Below, in pieces: positions 26,318 through 38,515 of a DNA stretch of 64,000 bases (position 1 is the first letter of the stretch; every line of letters starts with the position of its first letter). Source of the stretch: Octopus sinensis. Taxonomy: Eukaryota. The stretch covers positions 50,034,001 through 50,098,000 of the forward strand of contig NC_043012.1 of assembly GCF_006345805.1 (NCBI RefSeq), in the 5' to 3' direction. The notes below the pieces were generated by a model. It was not told the origin of the DNA. It worked only from the letters and a program-made list of their open reading frames with translations, and did not search any database. The position numbers were made by a program, and so were the translations under genes.

Positions 26318-26547
26318 CTCAACATACACTGATAAACAGTTTTGCCATGGGCTCTTAGGAGCCTAATTCAATTTGTTTTGCTCCGCCTCTGTTCTGTTTT
26401 TGTTTTTTCCAACGGATTTCCTATTTCTTCCTGAAGAGAAAGACACAATATGGTCTCATTATTCAATCGGATTTTGGTAAATTGTGCCTTTCGAAACACG
26501 TGTAGAATGAAATAAAACGATTTCTGTTCAATCTTCGTTCAGCTCCA
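26318..26547 (+). repeat. PLE 3' pseudo-LTR segment (right inverted repeat)
   Basis: See left copy; about 500 bp downstream of the endonuclease stop. Confidence 0.95.
26422..26514 (+). ncRNA. Type I hammerhead ribozyme in PLE pseudo-LTR
   Basis: Stem I 5' TATTTCTTC (26422-30); core CTGAAGA (26431-37); stem II GAAAGaCACAAT (26438-49) / ATTGTGcCTTTC (26481-92); GAAA (26493-96); palindromic stem III ACACGTGT (26496-26503); cleavage triplet GTA (26502-04); stem I 3' GAAtGAAATA (26505-14), 9 bp with one bulge. Confidence 0.85.
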
Positions 26548-27496
26548 TTTCTTCAATTCACCAATAATATTTTAATTTCAATTATCCGCACCAACGCACG
26601 GTTGCAACACCATATGGTTGTACCTCCAACCGTGCTGTTTTCTGCTGTGATTTTTGCTACCAAGGTATCGGTTAAACTTTTGATTAATCTGCTACAAGAT
26701 TATTCATATTTCTATTTCACATAACATATATATATATATATATTTGTGTGTGGGTGTACTTACATATTCTGAGAAGCACGTAGAAAAGTTACGGAATGCT
26801 AGTAGTGATGTTTAATGATATGTTCATATCTGTTCGATCTCTAAGATTGTCAGCTGACAGGGAAATAACTTAAAGCAAGGATTTTCATAAGGTGCGCAGA
26901 AAATAGGCATTGCAAAGCAAATTCGTAAGTTTTCAATGTTGAGCTTTCATGTAATTTATGAGATGTTGTTGGATAATAATTGTATCGTGCTAGCAACCGG
27001 TGGACAACTATTCATTGTAACCATGTGGCTTAAAACCTCATGGTACTTTCAGAAGCAACCAAGTACGTAATTATTTGGTTAAATGACACGTACGTATTGA
27101 AAGTTAATAAAGATTCTACGTCTTTGTAATCCTTAGATAATATTGAAAGATTGAGTTCAAATATACTCCTAAATAAAAGATATTTCCTCACTCTTTGGAA
27201 AGTTGTACATGTCGGAAAAAACATTCTTTGTGATTTCTATTAGTAAATGTAACACATGTAATGATGGATAAATAATACCAAAAATTTTTTTTAATCCATC
27301 TTACTGTTTTGTTATATATTTCTGCAAACAATATTACCAAAATATTAAATCTCAAATGCACCTTACATCAAAACAAGGACGACTACTTCATGCTGGATTG
27401 CAATATGGGAGTAAGCAAATGTGCTTCAAGAAGACATATCGTGTATTTTTCCAACCTACATTATATACATGTATATATGTATGTATATAAGTATGT

Positions 27497-27792
27497 GGAG
27501 GCGAAATAGCTAATAGATTACGGCAGCGGAATCGCGGTCGGATGATCGGAGTTTCGATTCCCAGACCGGGCGTTCTGTGTGTTTATTGAGCGAAAACACC
27601 TAAAAGCTCCACAAGGCTCCGGCAGGGAGGGGTGACTCCTGTTGTACTCTTTCGCCACAAATTTCTCTCACTCTCTCTTCCTGTTTCTTGAGTAACGTTG
27701 CAATGGATTGGCGTCCCGTCCAGCTGGGGGGAACATATACGCCACAGAAACTGGGAAACCGGGCCCATGAGCATGGCTAGGCTTGAAAAGGG
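27497..27792 (+). mobile_element. SINE-C
   Basis: Family head and body; tail gcaatggattggcgtcccgtccag...gaaactgggaaaccgggccc. Confidence 0.83.
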
Positions 27793-28393
27793 CGACTTTT
27801 ACCGTTTTTTTTATATAAGTATGTATATATGTGTGTATGTATGCATGTATGCATTTCCTCCTTTCTGTCTCTATTCCCTCTTTCATCAGTAGAAATCTCT
27901 TCTCTTAATTTCCACGATGACGCTTTATCTATGCTTATCTACGATTTTTTTTTACTATGGACCTCCATCTACGGATTACTCATGGACTGTTTCAATAATC
28001 CCCTCTTCAATGCTCAAGGATGTTATCGCACGGTCGCACTAACGTCATCGCCATTTATAATTTTCTCCTTTTGAACTCTGAATCTTATTTCTATCACACA
28101 CACACACACAAACACACACTGACACACAGATATATTATCCACTCATATACATATATAAACATGGCATTTGTTGCTTGAATGCAAGCATGCTAAACTTTAT
28201 TATGATGTATAAATAAATGCTCATAAGAAACGAGATTATAATACAAACCCTTCAGCGCTGTGCGACATTTTGGATGAGGTTTAAGAGAGCTAATAATAAG
28301 GGCTTGACTTTGAAACATAGCATAGTCTCGCTTCAGTTGGAGAAGTTGCTCCTTCTACCTAGATTTCTAGTAAAACTCACTGACATGATGCGA

Positions 28394-28739
28394 TAGGCGC
28401 AGGAGTGGCAGTGTGTTAAGTAGCTTGCTTACCAGCCACATGGTTTCGGGTTCGTTCCCACTGCGTGGCACCTGGAGCAAGTGTCTTCTTCTATAGCCTC
28501 GGGCAGACCAAAGCCTTGTGAGTGGATTTGGTAGACGGAAACTAAAGGAAGCCCGTCAAGCTGCCGGACGAGATAGTGAAGATACCGACGACCGCTCGGT
28601 TCAAAGTCTCCCTTGACCACAAATGGCCTGAACTCTTTGCATGAACACCACCCTGTACATAACTCCATGGCCTGGCTTTTTGCTTTTTGAGCCCCAAAAT
28701 TAACTAACTAACTAACTAACTAACTAACATATATATGTA

Positions 28740-28819
<80 letters not shown>

Positions 28820-29034
28820 ATATGTTTGTGAGTCTGTGTTTGTCACCAACATTGCTTGACAACCGATACTGATGTGTTTACGTCCCCGTAACTTAGAGGT
28901 TCAGCAAAAGGGACCGATAGAATACGTACTAGGCTTACAAAGAATAAGTCATGGGGTCAAATTGCTCGACTAAAGGCGGTGCTCCAGCATTGCCGCAGTC
29001 AAATGACTGAAACAAGTAAAAGAGTAAAAGAGTA
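28394..29034 (+). mobile_element. SINE-B interrupted by a LINE stub
   Basis: Head 28394-28557; TA tract and 3' half resume after 28728; tail ends gtaaaagagtaaaagagta. Confidence 0.9.
28558..28728 (+). mobile_element. CR1-type LINE extreme 3' stub with (TAAC)7 tail
   Basis: Reads KLPDEIVKIPTTARFKVSLDHKWPELFA* (stop 28642-28644), like the CR1 ORF2 C-terminal (W)NxLPxxVVxxxSxxxFKxxLD motif; short UTR then (TAAC)7 at 28701-28728. Confidence 0.75.
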
Positions 29035-30452
29035 AATATAAAAAGAAATAAAGAATGAGGCAGAATTTTAGGCGAATCGGATTAGAGTTTCGAACGGACG
29101 AGAGTCATCAATTGCTGTTATTCTTATGTATTTCAAGAAAAACTCATAGCAGTTTATTGAATCATTTCACTTTTAGAAGAAATATTTATTTCTGTCGAAG
29201 CCATTAAAAATGGCCGCTGTAAGCACAAATTTCTTTCAGTTTGCAAGGCTTGTGTGTTGGGTAATTTGAGGGAGGAAAAAAATATAGCCTTTAAAATAGG
29301 TTAACAAAAAAACTAGAAGAGACATTTATTATATTATATTTTGTAAATATTTTCCAGGCATAAACAAAATTTATCAACATTTCTGTGAAAATATTGTTCT
29401 CCTTCTAGTAAAGCTTATGAAGGAGATATGAAATGAAATGAAAGAATATGAATTATAGAAACTATATTCGTTTCATAAGCTGTAAAATTAGAATTACTAT
29501 TTATCATAATAATGTTCATTCAATGTTCAAAATTGAAGCAAAATATACTGGATGCAATTTATATTATCTTTTTTAGATTTATTTTGTGTGTTTTTTTTTT
29601 CTTTAGACATTGAGCAAAATATTATTTCACTGTCTGTTGGTGCAGCAACTGAATTATATATCAGACATGGCAATTTGAGATTTCTAAATTGTTTGTTAAA
29701 ATTTAAGAAAACAATTAATATACAAATAAAATAATTAAATATATGAATATTTCTAACCTTCTCTCCCCTTAGTAAAAAAAGAAACACAAAGAAATGTAAA
29801 TGAAAAATATTACCGAATATTGTACGTGTTCAAATGCAGTGAAGCTGATCAAAATGATATTAAACCGGCTCAGGACGACGTTGTAGCTGTAATGTGGAAG
29901 GATTTGTTATATTATAGCCGTGGAAATGTAAAAAAAAGCGCAATATATAAACAAAATAACGTTCAACTCTATGATTCAATCTCAGTATAATTTAAAGACT
30001 TTATTGTAATATTTTTGAATTTAGTAAACCGGAAATTTCATTGTATTGTTCATACACCAGGCAGACGGAATGTGGAGGTGTAGGAAAGGAGAGACTGAAG
30101 GAGAGAAATAAATTAAAATGAGAGACAGATGGAGAAATCCATAATATACACACCGAGCGTATCTTACTTTATTTCTTTGGTTTAATCACAAATTATTTAA
30201 TTCTGTCTTAACAACTCTGTCTCTCATCCTCTTACTCTTCGTGCATATATATGTATATATACATTTATACATACACACACGTATATATATTTGTTTATTT
30301 GTTTATACATACATGTATATCTATACATATATATATACATATACACATACATATATACCTACATACATATATATATATATATAACATACTTATATATATA
30401 TATATATTATATATATATATATATATACTACTTATATATATGTATATATATG

Positions 30453-30532
<80 letters not shown>

Positions 30533-30941
30533 GTATACATGTATGAGTGAGTGCATATTATAGCGTTTGCCTTTTATTTGCTTTAGTCACCAAGAATAGA
30601 GCTGCGACCATGCTGCTGTATAACCTTCATGGGCTCAACTGAACAAATCGACAGTTGTGCTTATTTTAAAGAGTGGTGGTTATCCCAATAGCATTTCTTA
30701 TACACTACTTGCAATTCCACCTTTGGAACCGGAGATTCTATTTGCTGTTAAAAAATTATGAGGCCTGGTAGGTATTCTTTGCTTGGTATTCTTTGTTGAG
30801 CTCAAAATTTCCAGTAGCAGGTATGCTCTTTATACATTTGAATAAATATATGATAAATGCATACATGCATGTAGGTGAGCGTATACCTCTCTATGGTTAT
30901 GCCATACACACATACACACACACATACACGAACACACACAA

Positions 30942-31008
<67 letters not shown>

Positions 31009-31251
31009 TTTGTTTATGTGTGTGTAATGTCTTGTCATAGACGCTTTTGTGTCTAAAACAATATCTTAAAACACATTTCTAAATGACAATTTGATCGTTT
31101 TGAAGAAGTTATTCGACCTGTTATATACTTCGTAACGAAGCACCCTTATTATAAGATTTTTTATTTAAGGAACGCGAAACACTGCTGTAAGCAGACACTA
31201 AATAACTGTATTCTCAGAATATATGATAGACATATATGTCTATGACTATAT

Positions 31252-31288
<37 letters not shown>

Positions 31289-31289
31289 G

Positions 31290-31351
<62 letters not shown>

Positions 31352-31519
31352 TATTCATATATATATACATACATATATTTATATAAATATATTGCTATAC
31401 CTATAACTATATTTATCTATACATACAAGTATAAACACATAAATACGAAGCAAGGTGGAAAATATAGTACTAGAATACCAGAGGTAGAGTATTATGCTCA
31501 ATTAAAAAACAGCAAAAGC

Positions 31520-31653
31520 ATCACAAAAACTGTTACTCACAGTTTCACGCTCCCGTTCGTCGAAGAGTTTTCTTTAGAATCTAAATAAAACTAATTCTAA
31601 ACACACTGTCCATCAAACGGAAAACTGAAGAACTGAGTAACAGTTTTTGTGAT
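31520..31653. other. Small inverted repeat holding two decayed hammerhead-like motifs
   Basis: 20-bp perfect IR ATCACAAAAACTGTTACTCA (31520-39) / TGAGTAACAGTTTTTGTGAT (31634-53); minus strand reads aaaactct-TCGACGA-ACGggagCGT-GAAA-CTgtgAG-TA-acagtttt. Confidence 0.55.
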
Positions 31654-31890
31654 ATATTTGGCACATTTTAATAAACTATATATAAATATATATATAACTA
31701 TACGTACACATAGACGTATACACACACACATATATATACTTTTATGTATGTATTATATTTATATATACATACACGTACAAATGCATACATTTTCATATAT
31801 ATTTTCATATATGTATATATGTATATATGTACATATAAGTGTATGTATCTACATATGTGTATATATATATGCATATACATGAAATATATA

Positions 31891-31944
<54 letters not shown>

Positions 31945-32919
31945 GCTTTGTCTGTTGTTGTACTTTAAATTCTATTTACCAATAGCTCTGTAGCACGCAC
32001 AGTCTAGACAGTTTTTGCATAATTGATTTCTGCAGTGAAATTGAATTTATGAGGCTAGAATGCTGGTCAAATGCCCACATATTATGTCAAAGGCTACCAA
32101 TCTTACTATAGTGGGACCTGTAATCAGTAATTCTTGCAATTAGAATTATTAGTTCTGGAATATTGCTTCAGGTAACTTTTTTGACATACGTCGGCCTTTT
32201 TGCCAACTAGCGCTGCTAGAACTCTTGAATGTTGACTGTTTAGCTGGTGTGGTTGTTAATGTACCTATCATTTATTACTTCAGAATCTCGAAATATTTAA
32301 ATTTTCAAAACCTAAATTTATTCCCCCATTGCCCATCTGTTTTATAGAAATCTATCCAAATAATTCCATTTTGTTGTGTTCTTCGTAGAAGTGACTGTGT
32401 CTTCATTGATAATATTTTGATCGACAATGCATTCGAAACTTCTTTTTGAAAAACAGAAGACAGAATGCAAGAACCCTTTAGCATTCTTTGTTTAGGTGCT
32501 GTAGGCTTAACCAAGTGAAAAGTGTATTCGGCCTCAGAGGTGTGGAGGGAGATTGAAATGTTATATAACATCACCTAAAATATACTGATATTATTTAAAG
32601 ATGCAAATGTTATTTTATAACTATTGCTAACTATTGATTAAATCACATGGATGGGAATTTTAAAAGTACTAAGTTGATATGATACGTAATTTGGTTTTAG
32701 CTATATATTGTCTAATTATTCTAGGAGAAAAGTAGTAATGACCACGAAGTGTATTTCTACCTATGGTGAAATATGTTCATATGGTTCACCCTAGATATCA
32801 GACGTTTGATGATTAGAAATAAAACGTGTCTTTTGAGGGAGTTATGAGGAGATCTGTTTCTGCAAGCAAATCATAAGAATATTTTAAGTGATACGCATCG
32901 CTGTGTCATTTAGAATACA

Positions 32920-33126
32920 TATCCGAGGGATTACTGAAAGTTCCCGGTTTTAAGGGTATTGTGAAAAGTCTGGTTGGAGGCCCAGCATACTGAGTTCATT
33001 TACTGAAGGAGCGCTGCAATAAGTGTTTGAATCTGAGAGGGGAATATGCTGGATAAAATTATAATTAACTGACTTTCCTGCGTTTTTGTTTACCCAAACC
33101 TAGGGATATTTTAGTACTCACTCATA
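32920..33126 (+). mobile_element. Mariner-derived MITE (~205 bp)
   Basis: Degenerate TIRs (ccgagggattactgaaagttcc / gggatattttagtactcactca); interior gctgcaataagtgtttgaatctgagaggggaatatg resembles a mariner C-terminus (NKC..L.GEY) and is shared with 40966-41182. Confidence 0.6.
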
Positions 33127-33479
33127 AATGAATAGATGCAAATACAGTCTAAAATTTTACATGTGCGCTTATGGTTCTATTAACTTTACAAAAATATGAG
33201 AGAATTTAGAGAATGAACACAGGTGTATTTATAAGTAGAACACAATGTATGGTATAAATTTCTCTTCCTTTATCAATGATATTATTTGAGTGTGTAATCG
33301 TTGTTATGTAAGTATTGATTACAGATGTGCGTAGTACAGCGAATATCAACTTTTCAACACTAGACCGCTTTCTGTATCTTGAAGAGAAGACTTATAAATC
33401 GATATACACTTTAGATATTTTGTAAAATTTGATACCAGAAATATTAGGTTTCGCCTTTGCAACGTTTGCAATATTGGTT

Positions 33480-33680
33480 TCAAATTTTGGCACAAGGCCA
33501 GGAAATTCGGGAGAGTGGTAAATTTATTACATCGACCCCAATGCTCAATTGATGCATATATTATCAACCCCGAAAGAATGAAAAGCAAAGTCGAGCCCAG
33601 CAGCATTTTAACTCAGAACTTAAGGGCAGACGAAATGTTGCAAAGCATTTTCCCTGACGTGCTAACTAACGACTGTGCCA
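33480..33680 (-). mobile_element. Old SINE-A (alternative tail)
   Basis: ggcacaaggcc tail, catcgacccc and cccgaaagaatgaaaagcaaagtcga core. Confidence 0.7.
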
Positions 33681-34420
33681 AATTCCAGCATCAGACATTT
33701 GTAATAATTACGGCTTGATAAAGCAGATAAATTATCATACTATCAGCTTGTTATTAGAAATGTATATTGATTCAATTTTCAGAAATTTTAAGAAAACCAT
33801 GATGACATATCCCCAAAGGAAGATGCTTTTCATAATTATTGTCCATTACAGAAATGCATACTTGCACGAAAATGCGCAGGGAGTATATAGCCGAGGTCTT
33901 TATATGAAATATTATAAAAGAAGAAAAATTTATATCGTTGGTAAAGATGTGTATAAGGGGGATGTTGACAACAAGATCAGATATGGCGTACCAGGGATTA
34001 TCAGATGATGGAAGAACCAAGCAAGAAATGCTTTACAGGTGATATGAAACTTTAGTCTACAAGCTAGTTATTTTATCAGAAGCGTCTTCCAGATTGCAGG
34101 TTTTCTCAATATTGAATTCTAAAAGGCTTTAACCCACGATGTTTTCAAAATTCAGTACATAATTGTGATATGATCTAAAATGTGGGATATGAAGTTACAA
34201 TAGAATAACCACTGTTATGAATCTATATTGAATTTCTAAGTGACGGGCATTTGTTAGTGCTATAGGATACACGATTTTGAGTTTATATTACACTACAAAT
34301 TCATATTTGAATGAAAATTCAAGCCAAAACAGTAGACGTTTGAAAACTTGTACTCTCTGAACCTAATGTGAGCAATCAAAACTAAATTTTCACACACACA
34401 CACACACATACACACACACA

Positions 34421-34452
<32 letters not shown>

Positions 34453-35313
34453 TACACACACAAACACGCATACACACATGCACACACAAACACTTTACAA
34501 ACACACCAATTTATTCAAATATTTACGTATACATAAATATATAATATAGTTATGTATTTATATATATATATATATATATATACATGTGTGCGTGTATTTT
34601 TGTATATGTATGGGCATGTATTTATGTACGAGTGTATATATATATATATATATATAATATATATATATATACACACTCACACACTGAAACATACAAACAC
34701 AGGCTAGTTAAGAGAACTGTAATGTTAGTTCGCTGTATGTGAGTTAGGCATTTATATTTCGACATATTTTTGAGTTGATTTTAAAATGAAAATTGACTTT
34801 GCAGTAGAGTAAAGACGAATTAAACAATAACTGCCACTTATTCTAAGCTACATCTTCTAATAATCCATTCTAGCTGTCAAATACTCTGAATCGATTTTAG
34901 ACGAAAATGCCACCTCCAGTCTCTCCCAACCACACTCTACCTTCCCTACCTCACTTTTTTACTGTTGTTGTTTTCTTGTTGTTTATTATACTTTTAAGTG
35001 TTTCTTTTGTGTTTGCTCCAGTTTTTATTGTAGTTGTTGTTATCGTTCTTAATACGTTTCAGTGGGAGTGATTGTTGTTGTTTTATCACATAAAGATTAA
35101 ATATTTTTACTCTCTCTCTCCCATCGACTACACATGCTGTATTTTTATTCGTCAAATCCGTATTAACGTCCATCAGGAATATATAAAAATTGGAAACAAA
35201 AAGAAGCGAAGTAAAAGACGTATCACCAGATTGCATTACAATTCAGGATAAATCTCCTTTTAAATTTTAACAGTTACCGCACACACCCCAAATACAGATT
35301 TAACATATATTTC

Positions 35314-35319
<6 letters not shown>

Positions 35320-35351
<32 letters not shown>

Positions 35352-35490
35352 TGCTGTTGTTGTGGTGCGGGAGGTGGTGGTAGTGATGATGGTGGTTGTG
35401 GTGGTGGTGGTGGTTGTGATGGTGGTGGTGGTGGTGGTGGTGTTCGTGGTGGTGGTGGTGGTGGTGGTGTTCGTGGTGTTCGAGGTGATG
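35320..35490. repeat. (TAG)n/(GGT)n compound microsatellite
   Basis: Direct reading. Confidence 0.9.
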
Positions 35491-35872
35491 GTGATTGTAT
35501 TGTTTATGGTTTTGGCTTTGTACTTGTTTGTATTGTTGTCTCAGTGGTGGTGGCGTTGCAGGTGTTGTAGTTGTCGCTTCAATTTTGTGTGGAAGGTGCT
35601 GTTATTTATTGCAGCAGCCCTTCAAATATAGTTGTTTTGTTGTTGTTGTTGCTGTTGTCATTTTTACTTTACTGTGTACTATGTATTATTTTGAGCATTT
35701 ATTTAAATGATGACGGAGAAGGAATTAAAACAATATAATATGAAGGACGATTAAAATAAATATTAAAACTAGCAAAAATCTGATTGAAATGTTGAAGTAA
35801 AATGACAGATATAAAATAAAAATAATGACAGCAACAACAACAACAGCAACAGCAATAATAATAATAATAATG

Positions 35873-35931
<59 letters not shown>

Positions 35932-35934
35932 TTT

Positions 35935-36125
35935 AGTACAAGTCCAATAATTTCGGACCTGGTAACTAATCGATTACATCAACCTCTATAAGTAACTGGT
36001 ACTTATTTTATCATTCTCCGAACGAATGAAAGGCAGAGTCTCGACTTCGGTGAAATTTGAACTCAGAACACAAAAACTGGCAAAATACCGCCACACGTTA
36101 AGATCGGCGTGTTACCGACTCTACC
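35935..36125 (-). mobile_element. Old SINE-A
   Basis: aatcgattacatcaacc...ctggtacttatttta...gaatgaaaggcagagtc...aatttgaactcagaac. Confidence 0.65.
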
Positions 36126-36199
36126 TGCTAATAAAAATAAAATAGAAGTCGAGGACTGTTACAGATCTATAACAGCAACCAAACGGGTTGACGCGTATC

Positions 36200-36600
36200 G
36201 AAAGAGCATCTATGACGGGATGCGTAAATTTGACTGCAAATATGAAATATTATCAAAATAAAATTGGATTGTACAGGATCTGTTGATCAACAATACAGAA
36301 GCACAAGAAGAGGAAACAGAGGAATTACTAGTGATAGCAAAATAGATAAAAATACAAGTCAAATAAAATGAAATCACAGTGCTGTGACATATACGGAAAA
36401 GTGAGGCATTGCATGGAGAATAGTCTCCAAGGATCGACGATCATGACGTAGATACAAATATTACCAATAAATGGTTGGCTAAATCTTTATTTAAAAGAGG
36501 AACAATAGGCTTCATTATAATAGTTCAGGATCAGTGTCTGTCCTCCAAAAACAACCAAGCAATCATTTGTAACGAATGCGAGTTGCAGACTGAAGTTAAG
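36200..36600 (+). mobile_element. Degraded R4/Dong-like (RLE-type) LINE remnant
   Basis: From 36406 reads ALHGE*SPRIDDHDVDTNITNKWLAKSLFKRGTIGFIIIVQDQCLSSKNNQAII, resembling the LHG...WL...ETEGFI.A.QDQ.L.T.NY segment before the CCHC finger in R4/Dong elements. Confidence 0.6.
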
Positions 36601-37220
36601 AAACAAAAAAATATTAAATAGTCAGTTGTTTCCAAAATCAGCTCTTTGAATGACCAATTGCTTATACAGATAACTTATAAAACCTCGCAAACAGGGCTTC
36701 AGATAAACAGGGACTAATTACAATGTAATAATAATAATGTATACAAAAGAATACAAAATACAAAATTTCTGATCGTTAGTAAGGAGAGACACAAAAATAA
36801 GAAAGAAGAAAGCAAAGAACCACTGATGAGGTCACAGAAGTGTGACGAAAGAACTCTGGCCGAAATAAGATTAAGATTAATGTAAAAAAAAAAAAGCTGA
36901 AGCAAATTGGCACCAAATATATAGTGCGTTTCTTTTTATTGGCTAAACTGGCAACATGACCATTCCTAAATACAACACATAATAATGTAGTAATGTGACA
37001 AAGACTCAAAATTATTTGAAACAATACAAAACTATTAGAGTAGATATCAAATTTACTCGTGGAAGCTGCTAGTTACCTCAATTATGAAAGAATAGTAGTT
37101 TAATATATTCGTTCTCCATGTGCATGTGTTTGTGAATGGGGTTGTAGAATATAGAAAACACCTCCAATGGATATTCACAGCTGCATGTTCCCTATATGAG
37201 TTGCGATAGACACATAGAAC

Positions 37221-37614
37221 TCTCTCTTACTTTTTACTTCAGTCATTTGACTGCGGCCATGCTGGAGCACCGCCTTTAGTCGAGGAAATCGACCGCAGGA
37301 CTTATTCTTTGTAAGCCTAGTACTTATTCTACCTGCCTCTTTTGCCGAACCGCTAGGTTACGGGGACATGAACACACCAGCATCGGTCGTCAAGCGATGT
37401 TGGGGGACAAACACATACACACAAACACACATATAAATATACATATATACGACAGGCTTCTTTCAGTTTCCGTCTACCAAATCCACTCACAAGGCTTTGG
37501 TCGGCCGGAGGCTAAAGTAGAAGACACTTACCCAAGGTGCCAAGCAGTGGGACTGAACCCCGAACCATGTGGTTGGTAAGCAAGCTACTTACCACACAGC
37601 CACTCTTGCGCCTA
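37221..37614 (-). mobile_element. SINE-B
   Basis: Full-length family match, short internal microsatellite. Confidence 0.92.
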
Positions 37615-38177
37615 TACTCTGAGGAGAATAACTTCAATATAGTATTCTAATTCATATGTTTAATGTCCAAAATCAAGACTAAGGAATATGTATCAGATCA
37701 TAAATAAGAGATGACAACATTGTAGACGCTATAGCTATAAAGAAACGGAATCTACTGAATATATTAGCAAAACTTCAAAATTCATGAACTTTCAGGAATA
37801 TATATACGTGTGTGTGGTGTGTGTGTATATGAGTGTTTGTACGTTAGCATAACTGAAATAACTACGCATTGAAAATTCAACTGAAATAACATATATATTT
37901 CAAATTCTTGCTCTGATTCTTTTCTCTTTATTGAGGACGATGCTACTCGCCTTCTACAAAGAAACATTTCAATTTCACTAGTGTAGTATTCGTTTCTTAT
38001 AATTACTTATTTATCAATCTATGTCACTGTGTATTTCAAATATTGCCCCTCCTAAATGTGTGTGTGTGTGTGTGTGTCTGAATTTGTGTATATGCGGGTG
38101 CGTGAGTGTCTATATGTGTGTGAGAGTATATGTGTAAGTATATCTATGTAATCATATATATATATATAGTTATATTA

Positions 38178-38236
<59 letters not shown>

Positions 38237-38280
38237 TATATATATAATATATATATATATATAGATATAAAATATAGTGT

Positions 38281-38515
38281 ATATATGCATGCATGTACAA
38301 AAATATATGTATGTATAATATATATATATATATATGCATATATGCATGTATGTACGAAAAAATATTATGTATGTATATATATATATATATATGTATATAT
38401 GCATGCATGTACAAAAATATATGTTATGTATATATATATATATATATATATGCATATATGCATGTATGTACGAAAAAATATGTATGTATGTATATATATA
38501 TATATATTATGTATA
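38281..38515. repeat. ~115-bp higher-order duplication inside a TA/TG tract
   Basis: gcatgcatgtacaaaaat at 38287 and 38401; tgtacgaaaaaata at 38351 and 38467. Confidence 0.8.

Larger units (their letters stand above)
23402..26547 (+). mobile_element. Penelope-like retroelement, 5'-truncated, with inverted pseudo-LTR arrangement
   Basis: RT and GIY-YIG coding region between 230-bp inverted repeats (3 substitutions); left flank is a (TA)n tract; GC content visibly above the flanks. Confidence 0.93.

Noticed and set aside
29065-29110. Hammerhead-like TGATGA...GAAA on the minus strand
   Set aside because: Stem II does not pair and there is no stem I complementarity.
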